DNA from: Octopus vulgaris
Taxonomy: Eukaryota
Direction: 5' to 3'
Length of the DNA: 64,000 nt
Assembly (NCBI GenBank): GCA_951406725.2
Contig: OX597832.1
Span: forward strand, 42,470,001 to 42,534,000
Shown one piece after another: positions 12,268 to 26,479 of this stretch. The translations under genes and the position numbers were made by a program. How positions within the stretch are numbered: the first letter of the stretch is position 1; the number at the start of each line of letters is the position of its first letter. The notes under the pieces are model-generated. The model searched no databases. It saw only the letters and a program-made list of their open reading frames with translations, and had not been told where the DNA came from.

Positions 12268-12420
12268 ACGCATTGTGTCCTTGAGCAAGACACTTTATTT
12301 CACGTTGCTCCAGTCCACTCATCTGGCAAAAAATGAGTAGTACCTGTATTTGAAAGGGCCAGCCTTGTCACATTCTGTGTCACGCAGAATCTCGCAGAGA
12401 ACTACATCGTCGGTACACGT
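12268..12420 (+). mobile_element. CORE-like SINE fragment with tail T2
   Basis: TGTGTCCTTGAGCAAGACACTTTATTTCACGTTGCTCCAGTCCACTCA resembles the CORE domain (TGTGACCTTGGGCAAGTCACTT); then T2 tail, cut off by SINE C. Confidence 0.8.
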
Positions 12421-12915
12421 ATCTTATTTCTTTACTGCCAACAAGGGGCTAAACACAGAGAGGACAAACAAGGACAGACAAATGGTTTAAGTCGATTACA
12501 TCGACCCCAGTGCGTAACTGGTACTTAATTTATCGACCCCGAAAGGATGAAAGGCGGCGAGTAGGCAGAATCGTTAGCACGTCGGGTGAAATGCTCAGCG
12601 GTATTTCGTCTGACGTTACGTTCTGAGTTCAAATTCCGCCGAGGTCGACTTTGCCTTTCATTGTTTCGGGGTCGATTAAATAAGTACCAGTTACGCACTG
12701 GATCAATTTAATCGACTTAATCCGTTTGTCTGTCCTTGTTTGTCCTCTCTGTGTTTAGCCCCTTGTGGGTAGTAAAGAAATAGGTATTTCGTCAGCCGTT
12801 ACGTTCTGAGTTCAAATTCCGCCGATGTCGACTTTGCCTTTCGTAATTTCGGAATCGATTAAATAAGTACCAGTTACGCACTGGGGTAGATGTAATCACC
12901 TTAATCCCTTTGTCT
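12421..12915. mobile_element. SINE C cluster: inverted 3' half joined head-to-head to a forward about 1.7-mer
   Basis: 12421-12555 is minus-strand C; forward copy starts at overlapping AAGGC near 12551; internal junction GAAATAG|GTATTTCG near 12783. Confidence 0.88.
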
Positions 12916-13015
12916 CTACTTTTTTGTCTCCTTAAGGGCAATAAATAAATAAATATATAATGTTATGCTATACTTGTATCCGCGTTCAAAAATCATAACA
13001 TGCACGCACACACAA

Positions 13016-13046
<31 letters not shown>

Positions 13047-13217
13047 TACATGCACACGCATACACATACACACGCACACACATACACACGCATACACACA
13101 TTCACTCACACGGCACTTAAAAGAGAAAAAACAACAAAAAAAAAGAAATAGAATAACAAAACACGAAATGCAGAAACACAATACGTGCACTCGCAGTACG
13201 TGCATCACCTCAGTTCA

Positions 13218-13513
13218 CTACCAGCACCACCACCACCACCCTTACCAGAGCCACCACGACCACCACGGCCACGACCCCGACCACGGCCACCACCACCACC
13301 TCCACCACCACCACCACCACCACCACCACCACCACCACCACCACCACCACCGCCACCACCACCGCCACCGCCACCGGCTCCCTCTGCCGCTGCCGACCTA
13401 CATCTCCTTCTACGTATCTGCTTCCCTTCCTCCCTCCTTCTACTGTCTAACTCTCAACTTTACCCCTGCGTTTTCTCTCTCTCTCTCTCTCCCCTCTCTC
13501 TTTCTCTCTCCCC

Positions 13514-13545
<32 letters not shown>

Positions 13546-13610
13546 CCCGCTGTCTCTCTTTCTCTCTCTCTCTCCCCGCTGTCTCTCTCTCTCTCTCTTT
13601 TTCTCTCTCT
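13218..13610. repeat. (CAC)n and (CT)n simple repeats
   Basis: Directly visible; gives poly-His and poly-Pro ORFs. Confidence 0.9.
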
Positions 13611-13919
13611 CCACAACATGCAATATTCGCACAACAAAAGCTCCGTGCCGCTACACACTTCCAAAGAGGTTTGTGTGACGTAAGACGCAGTATCGTGCAC
13701 TTTTATGAACGCATTGATCGATCGGCGTCTAACCTAATTCCTAAGGCGGTCAAAAACCTGACATTTCAACCTAGAGGTTCCAGGTTCGAATTGAAGACAT
13801 TCCAGAAGAAGAAGGAGAAGTAAAAATAGAAGAGATCGATTAAAAAGTAAAATGAATTGATTTAAAAATGATAATCTTTAAGATTTACTCATTCAATATT
13901 ACTGGGAATAAATAAATGA

Positions 13920-14540
13920 ATGACATCGGCGATGATGAGGGAGATGATGAGGAGAAGAAAGAGAAAGACGAAGGTGGTGAGAATGATGCACGGATGACGA
14001 TGGTGGTAACGATGAAGATGTTGATGACGACGATGATGACGACGATGATGATGATGATGAGAAGGATGATGATGATAATGATGGTGATAATGACGACGAC
14101 GACGATGATAGTAATGACGATGGTGATGATGGCGATGATGATGACGATTGTGATGATGTTGTTGACGACGATTATGATGATGATGACAATGGTGATTATG
14201 ATAATGATGATGACGATAGTGATAACGATGGTGACGATGCTGATGATGACGACGACGACGATGATGATGGTGATGACGATGGTGACGATGACAATAGTGA
14301 TAATGTCGATGGGGATAATGACGGTGGTGATGATGACGACGATGATGATGATGACAATGGTGATTATGATGATGATGACGATGGTGATGACGATGGTGAT
14401 ATGATAGTGGCGGCAGCAACGATGGTGAAGATGACAACGATGTCATCATTATCATCATTATGATGATGTGTATGATGATGATGATGACAGTCGTGAGAAT
14501 GCTGACGGTAATGATGCTGATGACAACGACTCTGAAGGAT
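13920..14540. repeat. Degenerate (GAT/GAC)n tract
   Basis: Directly visible. Confidence 0.9.
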
Positions 14541-14695
14541 GAAAGATGGAACACTTTGTCTTTCGCTTTCGCTCCTTACATTTTTTTGCATTGGAATAAA
14601 TATTCTTTTCTTTTTGTTGACCTATTTTACCAAACTTTTGACGAAGACCTTTGTGACCAATAAAAGAAATCCCCCTCCTCCCCCCTCCCCCTCCC

Positions 14696-14736
<41 letters not shown>

Positions 14737-14917
14737 CCACCGTCATTTCTTCCGGCTGCCTAAGTTCTGAGTTCAAATTCTACCTGTGCTCCACTTTGCC
14801 TTTCTTCCCCACCGTGGTCGATAATAGAAGCTTCCAGTCAAGTAACTCTAGTTTGATGGTATCGACTAACTCCTTCACCTCAGAACCGCTGGCTCTGGGC
14901 CAGAAACTCAGAACCAA

Positions 14918-15410
14918 TCTTCTTCTTCTTCTTCTTCTTCTTCTTCTTCTTCTTCTTCTTCTTCTTCTTCTTCTTCTTCTTCTTCTTCTTCTTCTTCTTC
15001 TTCTTCTTCTTCTTCTTCTTCTTCTTCTTCTTCTTCTTCTTCTTCTTCTTCTTCTTCTTCTTCATCATCATCTTCTTCATCTTGCCTTCTCTCGTATCTC
15101 CTTCCCGTCCTCCACGTCCTTCCTCTCCCTCCTTCCCTCTCTTCCTCCCTATCCTCCTTCTTCCTCCTTCCTCCTCCTCCTTCTTCTTCTTCTTCTTCTT
15201 CTGCTTCTTCTTCTTCCTTTTCTTCTTTATCATCATCTTCTTCTTCTTCTCCTTCTTCTGCTTCTTCTTCTTCTTCTTCTTTTTCTTCTTCTTCTTCTTC
15301 TTCTTCTTCTTCTTCTTCTTCATCATATTCTTCTTCTTCTTCTTCTTCTTCTTCTTCTTCTTCTTCTTCTTCTTCTTCTCCTTTTTCTTCCGCCTCCTCC
15401 TCCTCCTCCT
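14918..15410. repeat. (CTT)n microsatellite complex
   Basis: Directly visible. Confidence 0.95.
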
Positions 15411-15788
15411 CCAACCAGAACCACAACGAATCTTAACAAAGACACTTAAAACCAAAATGCTGATTCTTATTTTCTTTTAATCTTTGGCACAAAGCCAAGA
15501 AACCTGAAATTACTTAAACGGGGACTTTATCGCACGCCCGCACCCTACCCCACCAACCACTCCCACCATGCCATCTCCTCTCTATTGAAAGCAATGATGG
15601 TAATGTCGACATGGGTGAGTAGAACAGGAACTACGGAAGATAAAGGGACCGAGGTGTATAAGTTCTGGGCGGTGACCTATTGTTAGCCCTGTTGGACGTC
15701 TGTCAGAGCCATGAATGCTGCTGACTTCAATGTATATTGTAGTATATATATAATAATACGAAAACGTAAGCGCACCCGTAGAAGCAGG

Positions 15789-16000
<212 letters not shown>

Positions 16001-16046
16001 TATACATTGATATATCTATCTAAATCAATCTTCCGCTTCCTTCATC

Positions 16047-16092
<46 letters not shown>

Positions 16093-16112
16093 TTTTTGTT
16101 ATCTTACCGTTT

Positions 16113-16188
<76 letters not shown>

Positions 16189-16269
16189 TGTATGTATGTA
16201 TGCATGTATGTATGTAAATGCATATATATAAGTATATGCATATGTATATGTGTATATATATATCGGTTA

Positions 16270-16510
16270 TATAAAATCCATTCTGTCTGTCTATCTGTCT
16301 GTGTGTCTTCTAGGATCTCGGGCATCCTCCATCCGATTGCGCTCAAAATTTGATATGTAGATACCGACGGTATCAGGGCGGGTATAAGTCTTGAAAAAAT
16401 TACAAAAATCGTTTACAGGTGAGAATGCGATCGATAAAGCCGTGCGAACGTGCATTTGTACGTGCGAGTACATCAGCTGTTGCGATCGATACTACGCGTA
16501 CGCGAGAAAA
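16270..16510 (+). mobile_element. Possible Helitron/Helentron-type non-autonomous element fragment
   Basis: TATAAAA, (TCTG)n, CCGATTGCGCTCAAAATTTG layout typical of DINE-like repeats; ends unclear. Confidence 0.35.
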
Positions 16511-16857
16511 ATGCACCTGCAGTTTGGGCAAAAAAAGCCGGCTGGTTTGAAATAATGCCACAAATGTCGATTTAATCGACTGGCTCCCTCCCCCAAAATT
16601 TTGGGCATTATGCCTAGAGTAGAACATATTATTTTATAATTAAAGACCGGAATTGTCCATTCTACTCGCTGCATGCATTTGAATACGTGTGTAATTATCG
16701 TCGTTGTTGCTAAACCGTTGGTCAGTTTTGATCTAGCAGACCTAGAGCAAGTGTATTCCAGCCATGACGATTCCACACAGTTTTTTTCGTTTTTCTTTTT
16801 TTTTTACATCTGATACATCATTTTTATTTAGTTTCATTTTTATTTATGTATCAATAT

Positions 16858-17030
16858 AGACGACAAGCTTCTTTCAGTTTCCGTCTACCAAATCCACTCA
16901 CAATGGTTTGGTCGGCCCAGGTCTATAGTAGAAGACACTTGCCCAAGATGCCGTGCAGTGCAGCTGAACCAAAGACACCATGGTTAGGAGGCAAAGAAGC
17001 AAGATCCTCAAACATGCATCTGTGCCTGCG
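16858..17030 (-). mobile_element. SINE B 5' half (diverged)
   Basis: CTTCTTTCAGTTTCCGTCTACCAAATCCACTCACA...GAAGACACTTGCCCAAG. Confidence 0.85.
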
Positions 17031-17226
17031 CATATAGCATTGAGAGAGATTTGGTTACCATTTCTAGCTGGCCGAGCCACCACGTAGAGGCTGTTTCGTT
17101 GGCCCTTAAATATCTGTTTAAGAGATTCATGTGTTTTTCCTACTTACCAAAGCCCCACTTCCCTTCCCCACCGCCGACCTCCCTCCCATGTTTTTGTTAT
17201 TTTTGTAAAATCCAATATGGCGAGCA

Positions 17227-17277
<51 letters not shown>

Positions 17278-17825
17278 ATTTCGGGTGAAGGACCTTACTT
17301 GAAAACATCAAGATTCTTGTCTCCAGAAGGAAATACAGAACTTAACTAAATGTGCCGACTTATACGACTGCCATACTGATTGATATATTGATATCAATCA
17401 GAATGCAAAGCGTATTTGATGGATTTAGCAGACTTCTTTCCGACTTTGATGCTATCGTTTTATCAGCATGTGTCTCCATAACTTAGAACGTCATTAAGAA
17501 ATTCCTTATAAAAATATGGGATTTATTCACATACTATTTTATAGGGAGAGATGACGATCTGAAAGTACTTACAGCTTTTTGCTATGCAAACAGCAAATAA
17601 TCATAAAACACTTTAGAATTTTCGAGACGTAGCGGAGTGAAAAAGTTTGATGCGATAATCTTAGATGAAGTGTCTTGTACTTTTGTCAGAAATTTACATC
17701 TGTTCTTCATTCCTTAGGCGACCAACCAAATTCTAAATATTTCCACATAGCTTTGTAGAGATCGAGGATCGAATCAACAAATTATCTGCACGCTTTTATT
17801 TAGTTCGACGTATATGTGTGTGTGA

Positions 17826-17941
<116 letters not shown>

Positions 17942-17957
17942 CATACATATATATATA

Positions 17958-18224
<267 letters not shown>

Positions 18225-18672
18225 TGTTGTAAGTCTGGGGAGAGTCATTTTCTTTTTGTGCCTTATAATTTAACAGAGTCACCGGTAAAATTCCCACTTA
18301 TTTCTTATTTTTATTTTCCTAAAATTTTCGTTGCGTCTTGCAACCTTTTCAATAGTCATAACTCTGTCCACTATTTACACTGTGTTCCTTTTTGTTTGTT
18401 TGTGCGCATGTGTGTGGGTCAGTTTTTGTAGGCCTTTGTCAACAGAGGAGCTGGGTTGGTGGATCCCCTCCTCACTATGTCTTTTAGTGGATTTACATAC
18501 ACACATACGTACACACACACATACATACATACATACATACATACATACATACATAGATATATATACTTACATACATGCAAACATACACACATACATACAT
18601 ACATACATACATATTGGTGGATCCCCTCCTCACTATGTTTTTTAGTGGATTTACATACACACATACGTACAC

Positions 18673-18705
<33 letters not shown>

Positions 18706-19201
18706 CATACACACATACGTACACACATAAATGCATACATACATACATACATACATACATACATAAATGCATACATACATACATACATACATACATACAT
18801 ACATACATACATACATACATACATACATACATACATACATACACACGATTCCTAACAGCCGTTGAGGAATGATCCTAACATATTGCGTTTCCTGGTTATC
18901 TTTATTTTAAATCTCGCTGAACCCACTCCTCTCCAGATATGACCACAACCAATTACTCACAGAATGAAGAGAGAGAGAGTGTAAAAAAGGAAGAAAAAAT
19001 GACCCTAGTACTGGACTAGTTCTTTATTTATCGACCTCAAACAATGAATTTAAATTTGACATCGATGGAATTTGAACATAGAACGCAGAGACCTATCCTC
19101 AAAGGGATTCCAAGCCATGACCATTTATATTATCTTGTATTACGTAATCTAAAATGACCTTCGCTTTAAAAAAGCCTGGGATATTCTTTTGAGAGAAATT
19201 C

Positions 19202-19279
19202 GGTTGATATTTGTAGCAGGTTGATATTTCTAGCAGGTTGATATTTGTAGCAGGTTGATATTTCTAGCAGGCTGATATT
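19202..19279. repeat. 17-bp tandem repeat GGTTGATATTT(G/C)TAGCA, about 4.5 copies
   Basis: Units at 19202, 19219, 19236, 19253 and partial 19270; G/C alternates. Confidence 0.92.
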
Positions 19280-20202
19280 GGTTGTGTTGGTATTAGCTGT
19301 CTTGTTGGTACTGGTGATGGTAATAATGATGATGATGATAGTGGTGGCGGACATAGTTATGGCCGCCATTGTTTTGGTGCGATTGGTATGTCAAAATCAT
19401 TGCCTCAGAAAGAATCCCAGCGTATAAAAGAATATTTGCACAACATTGCAGAGTCCATCTGTACATTTGTATTTTTTCCTTTTCTGCTTTTCATTTTTCT
19501 TTTTTTGAGCTATCGTCTGCTTTATGTTTAGAATTACGTGCCGCCATTTTCCGTTGTATTTTATTTAGTGAGTCGTATGCATTCAGGCAAATTATTAGAT
19601 AATCCTATGATATTAGAATCGATCTTTATATCTGAAGAATAAAATGAGGATAAAACAAATAAGCATGAGAAGAAAGAAAGAAAGAAGAAAGAAATAATTG
19701 TAGTCAAAAGAGCAAAAATAAAAGACTTCTCCTAAATTCGGTTGACTCCAAAGCTGGCAATTATGTTAGATGTCTGACATTTTTGCTTCTTCCTATCTTG
19801 CATTTTTCTTTCATTTTCCCCTAATCTCTCTTTGCATCTTCGTTACTTACATTTTTCTTTGGGTTCCTTACTTTTTCTTTCTGTCTTTCTTTCTCCCACA
19901 CCCTTATTTCTATCGCAGAAGAAATCATTGGAATTTTATTTTGTGGAATTCAATTGATGGAATCTCCCTAATTTCTTTGGAATCCCGTCCTATCGCTGAC
20001 GATAGATAGAAATGAATGCAAAATATAGCAATGATATGCTGTAAAACATGTCTACAACCCCAAACATTATGTCAAATATAGAGGTTTGTTAGCTTGTTAA
20101 TGAATTTTTGATGACATGCATCAAATATTCAGATGGGACAAACATTCGTTGCTGGCATCGATGAAGAGAATTCTCAGTCAGTCTGTCTGTCTGTCTGTCA
20201 GT

Positions 20203-20233
<31 letters not shown>

Positions 20234-20371
20234 CGTCTACTTTTATCTCAATATTTTTTTGTTATTCTTTTCCCGTTCTTCAGCAAATACATATATACAT
20301 GCATGCATACAAAGATACATACATGCACATCTATCAATCTTTGTACCCAACCATCTGTCTACTTATCTACT

Positions 20372-20471
<100 letters not shown>

Positions 20472-20593
20472 GTGCATACACAGGAATATATTTTTATGTA
20501 TAGTTATATTTAGATATAGTTGATCGTTAAATTGAAGGAACACTCAATACGTTCAGTAAAGTATTATATATATATATATATGTATATGTATAT

Positions 20594-20639
<46 letters not shown>

Positions 20640-20644
20640 ACACA

Positions 20645-21600
20645 GAGTACCATGCAAAAGTCTTCGGCCACTTTAAACTATTGTAAATTTCTACTAGTTG
20701 CTAACCTATAAGTGGATGTTTTGCGTTGCGTTTTTTTACATATGAAACATTGGTCCCGTTGGAATCATTTCCACACTTAATCATTATATTTTGCAGTACG
20801 GGTTCTGAATGAGAGGGGAAGATGCGAGACGACCACCAAAAATGGCTGTGCAAAAGCTTTCGGCCACCTCGCATAAACCAGTCTAGATACAGTGTTTTAA
20901 AACAGAAAAATGTCTATAATGAACATTTATTACATAATATTCATTTCAAGAAGTTACTGTACATTGTTAATATTTCGTGTGGTTTCCCTTAGGTTGAAAA
21001 ATCGCTTCAATGCGCCTAGGAAGAGATGTGTACAAATCTTTCACCATCTTTACAGGTATGAGATGTTATTCTCTGTTGTGGCCTTCTGTGAGGCATTCTG
21101 ACAGATTTTCGCTTATTAGAAAGCGAAATGATCCACGTTACACGATGAAAACAGTGAAGTTTGGGAGTAAGAGTCTGATGCTTTGGGGATACATAAAAAA
21201 ATGGTGTTTTAAGAAAGTTGGTTAAAATTGGTGGTAACTTGAATGGTGCCAAACGCATCCAGTTGCTGAAGGACAATTTGACACTAGATTTAGATGAATG
21301 TGAAATTTTTCAGCGTGACGGAGCTCCATGCTACAGATCACGTGCAACACAACAGAGTCTGGCTGATGAAGGCATTACTGTAGTGGCCAGCTCGAAGAGT
21401 GGCTAGCTCGAAGCCCTCACTCAAATATCATCGAGGACAGAGCTACACACTCAATAATCCTATAAAAAGAGACGAATCCTCTCAAACAAATTCAAATCTA
21501 AAGAATCTCCTAGAGTAGATGCAAGCGCTAATATATGATTTATAAAAACATATGACATAATAAAAATCTGTAAATGTACAACCATCCAGATTTCCGAGTA
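20645..21600 (+). mobile_element. Tc1-family transposon remnant
   Basis: Left end AGTACCATGCAAAAGTCTTCGGCCAC with inner repeat TGCAAAAGCTTTCGGCCAC near 20849; peptides TVKFGSKSLMLWGYI, FQRDGAPCYRSR and NIIED match the Tc1 DDE domain. Confidence 0.85.
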
Positions 21601-21677
21601 CCTTAATTTTTCTAATACATAATACCTGTATATCACCTCCAAACCTTCTAACACACACACACACACACACACGTATT

Positions 21678-21740
<63 letters not shown>

Positions 21741-22027
21741 ACACCTTTATATATATATGTATATTTATATATGTGGACACCACAACTTTTTGCTACACGT
21801 GTTTCCATAGCGTGGTCGTTTGTTCAATAGTGCATAACATTACATGAAATAATGTAACTTTACATTATTACACAACCCGAACAATTCATCAGGCAATATT
21901 GAGAGCTTTTGCCAACAAAATCAGATTGAACGGTCAATTGATTGTTAGTATACACCCTGTTTGCCTGACATGTGTTGGAGTGCTACCAAGTTAATAACCA
22001 CAATCGTCTAGATCTCCACTATTTTTT

Positions 22028-22560
22028 GTATGTATGTATGTATGTATGTATGTATGTATGTATGTATGTATGTATGTATGTATGTATGTATGTATGAATG
22101 TATGTGTATGTATGTATGTATGTATGTGTGTGTGTGTATGTATGTATGTATGTATGTATTTATGTATGTATGTATGTATGTATATATGTATGTATGTATG
22201 TACGTACGTACGTATGTATGTATGTATGTATGTATGTATGTATGTATGTATGTATGTATGTATGTATGTATGTATGTATGTATGTACGTACGTACGTATG
22301 TATGTATGTATGTATGTATGTATGTATGTATGTATGTGTGTGTATGTATGTATGTATGTATGTGTGTATGTATGTATGTATTTATGTATGTAAGTATGTA
22401 TGTATGGATGGATGCATGCATGCATGCATGTATGTATGTATGTATGTATGTATGTATGTATATATATGAATGTATGTATGTACGTATGTATGTATGTATG
22501 TGTGTATGTATGAATGTATGTATGTATGTATACATGTATGTATGCATGTATGTATGTATG
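22028..22560. repeat. (TATG)n microsatellite complex
   Basis: Directly visible; similar blocks at 30380-30620, 47940-48320, 52975-53640 and 60163-60330. Confidence 0.95.
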
Positions 22561-23151
22561 TATATATATGTCTGTGTGTGTGTGCATATGCATACACATG
22601 TGTGTGTGTCTGTGTATGTTTATATATATATAAAGTATAAAAATATATAAAATATATAAAGTATAGTAATGTTCCTACTTCGTGGATTTTCACCTATCGC
22701 GCGAGGTTTTGTAACGTAACACCCGCGATAGTCGGGGGATTAGTGTATAGCATAAATTACAAGCAGTGGCCAAAACATAGACACATAGAATATAGAAACA
22801 AAAAGGAAACAAAGACACACACACACACGTGTGTGTCTATGTGTGTGTGTGTGTGTGTGTGTATACAAAAAATACCGGCTAATAGTCAAAACCAAACATG
22901 AAAACAACAGCCACGACAACGACATCAATTCTAATTACATGAGTAACAAGAATAACAAAAACAACAACTACAACAACAACAACAACAATAACAAGAACGA
23001 GGACAGAACATTGTTACAGATTCCATTGAATGTTTTAATGTAAACCATTCGACATGAAATCTCCATTGAAAACATCAATTTGCCAACATCAGCAATAAAT
23101 AAAAACCAAAAAACCCACTCTACCACGCCGATACCGTTACTAACTCGTATG

Positions 23152-23538
23152 TGTGGAGGCGCAATGGCCCAGTGGTTAGGGCAGCGGACTCGCGGTCATA
23201 GGATCGCGGTTTCGATTCCCAGACCGGGCGTTGTGAGTGTTTATTGAGCGAAAACACCTAAAGCTCCACGAGGCTCCGGCAGGGGATGGTGGTGATCCCT
23301 GCTGTACTCTTTCCACCACAACTTTCTCTCACTCTTACTTCCTGTTTCTGTTGTACCTGTATTTCGAAGGGCCGGCGTTGTCACTCTCTGTGTCACGCTG
23401 AATATCCCCGAGAACTGCGTTAAGGGTACACGTGTCTGTGGAGTGCTCAGCCACTTACACGTTAATTTCACGAGCAGGCTGTTCCGTTGATTCGGATCAA
23501 CCGGAACCCTCATCGTCGTAACCGACGGAGTGCTTCCA
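23152..23538 (+). mobile_element. Full-length SINE head A, tail T2
   Basis: 14-bp TSD TACTAACTCGTATG at 23138-23151 and 23539-23552; near-identical to 52270-52655. Confidence 0.95.
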
Positions 23539-24117
23539 TACTAACTCGTATGACTTCATTGCATTCGCCTTCACCAGATTACGCTGTTTAATACCATCAA
23601 CACGAGCACCAGCGCCACCATCGCCGCAACCACCACCACCATCACCATTACCACCACCATCACCATTACCACCACCACAACACCAATAACAACCACAGCT
23701 ACCCCTTTTGCGGTCCAATAGGGAAAAAAAGAAGCATATAACAGAAAAGAATAAGGTGGTGCCACAGGTGAGAAGGCTGGAAGTTATGTAACAGGTAGAA
23801 TGTTTAGAGAAAGAAATCAAAGATGGATAAAAATAAACGGATAAGAGATGGCGGTCGAAGTGAGCGCAGTCAGGGAAAGAATGGGGGAAAACGAAGGGGA
23901 AACGATTTGCCGTTAAACGCTGAAGAGAAAAAAACAATGAGGAAAATAATAAGAATAACATTAGCACACACACACACAAATTATACGTATATATGTATAT
24001 GTATATATATATTATATACACACACAAGTACGCATATTAAAATACACAAACATACGTAAAGGTGTATATACATTCTGTACTGTGTAGGACACATACACAC
24101 TCACACACACACACGCA

Positions 24118-24206
<89 letters not shown>

Positions 24207-24353
24207 ACAAATATTGTACTGAAATGCTATTCAGCTCGTTTTGTGACAGATTCTCTAGAGACGGCGGTAGAATAATTGAAAGATTACTTAGTCACGAGAT
24301 GACAGTGTTTCCCAACAGACATGATGGTTAACATACATACATACATACATACA

Positions 24354-24449
<96 letters not shown>

Positions 24450-24530
24450 TGCATACGTGCATAACTAGCTGCCATGTTTGATCGCTAAATCCACAAGTTT
24501 TTTTTATTCCCTCTGTTTATTTTCTCTTAT

Positions 24531-24570
24531 TCCATTCTGTTGAAGAGCGTACGCTCGAAACCTTAAAGAC
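24531..24570 (+). ncRNA. Variant minimal hammerhead-like motif (CUGUUGA core) in a Penelope-like repeat
   Basis: CUGUUGA-AGAGC(guac)GCUC-GAAA-CC-UU-AAAG; homologous to 37001-37039 and 60796-60831. Confidence 0.45.
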
Positions 24571-24606
24571 TTAGGTTTAGCATTTTCAAATTTATAATAT
24601 TGAAAT

Positions 24607-24663
24607 ATCATGCTGATGAAGGAAGTGAATTTTACAATTCTAATCCCGAAACGCGTACACGAT
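24607..24663 (+). ncRNA. Minimal type I hammerhead ribozyme
   Basis: AUCAUG-CUGAUGA-stem II (GGA..GAAUU/AAUUC..UCC)-GAAA-CGCG-UA-CACGAU; complete core, palindromic stem III, stem I 5 of 6 pairs. Confidence 0.72.
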
Positions 24664-24945
24664 TAATCAAAACTCTGGTTGATTTCGTTATTTTTTCTAC
24701 TCTTTTTGCCTATGTGAGTTACGAGTAATGCTGTCTGTGGAGTTATATTTGTAGTTAAAAGAATTAGCGGCTTTGATTGCTATTTCTAAATTTTCGGTAT
24801 GTGGTGAAGCAACTTTTTGCTAAATCCTTAATTATATTTATAATTATAAAAAAACTTTTTGAATAAGATTTTACTAATAATGGTTTTTTCCATACCGAAA
24901 GTACTTGGTAAAATTTGTTAATTATTAAATTAATATTTTTTACAC

Positions 24946-24997
<52 letters not shown>

Positions 24998-25013
24998 GTA
25001 TACGTACACACAC

Positions 25014-25053
<40 letters not shown>

Positions 25054-26010
25054 ATGAATACATATTCACACATATAAAGGTGGGTGGTGTTATTATATAA
25101 TATAACTTATTTAATGCAGTGAGCCAAGATATTTTAATTAATTATAATTACACCCTAAAAATTAGAAGTCTCATTATCTAAATTCATCTAATTATATAGA
25201 TAAATAATTAAAATAAAAGTATCCCAAAAGCGTACTTGCTGCCATATTAGAAAAAAAATTTACATACTTTCGTTTCATAAACATTGAACTCGTCTCGGAT
25301 ATTTGAATAGACATGTCTCATGTCTCCCTTCATGGACTGAGCAGGACAGGAGCTGGCGGCATTAAGAATTTCCGCTCGTGAGAGCTTAAAGGGAAGAAGG
25401 ATGGAGAGAAGGTGAAAGAGAGAGAGAGATAGAGAGTAATTTAGATTAGCTTAGAGCTACTTGTGTAGTATAGTACAAGAAACAGGCGCTGATTTCACTC
25501 TTAGCATAGCAGTACATTCGCTTGCAGAGTGTTTCATAAGTAATCATAGCATATCACTCATATCAGCATGTGAATTCGCGCGGTTTACAAATATTATTCA
25601 GATGCGTTCTGTAAAGTAAAGAGAGCTTATAGTGAAGCCACAGGGTCTGTTTATATTGCGCTGAAAGAGAAATAAGCAGTCGAAATGAGACGAGTTGTTC
25701 ATGAATTCGCCGTGTAGAGGGAGCCATGTGGCTAATCCACAGGATCTGTTTATTTAGGGAGGCGGAATATGTATTCATTAAACTTACATCCGTACGTGAA
25801 CTTATTATAGATAGGCATGCGTACTGATAGAGAGAAAGATATGAAGATAGGCAATAAATAGACACACACACACACAGACACACACACACACACACACGCA
25901 CATACACTCTCACACACAGACACACATACATGTACATTATATATACATATCTATATAGTTATGTATTTGCCTTTCATATAGCTAGGCATATATATGTATC
26001 TATACGCAGT

Positions 26011-26097
<87 letters not shown>

Positions 26098-26114
26098 ACC
26101 TATCTATCTATCTC

Positions 26115-26145
<31 letters not shown>

Positions 26146-26255
26146 CGTGTGTGTACATATGTGCATATATATATATATATATGCATATATATATATATAT
26201 GCCAGTGTGTGTATATATGTATATATATATATGCATATATACATGTATATGTACA

Positions 26256-26342
<87 letters not shown>

Positions 26343-26347
26343 CATAC

Positions 26348-26378
<31 letters not shown>

Positions 26379-26416
26379 CACACACATACAATATATATAT
26401 ATGTACGCGCATGCAA

Positions 26417-26479
<63 letters not shown>

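Noticed and set aside
13185-13823. Proline-rich (formin-like) or poly-His ORF
   Set aside because: Made of (CAC)n and (CT)n repeats with no flanking domain or convincing splice structure.
14880-15455. Poly-Lys and poly-Glu ORFs
   Set aside because: (CTT)n microsatellite.
23152-23230. tRNA gene
   Set aside because: tRNA-like head continues into a SINE body enclosed by a TSD; no complete acceptor stem.
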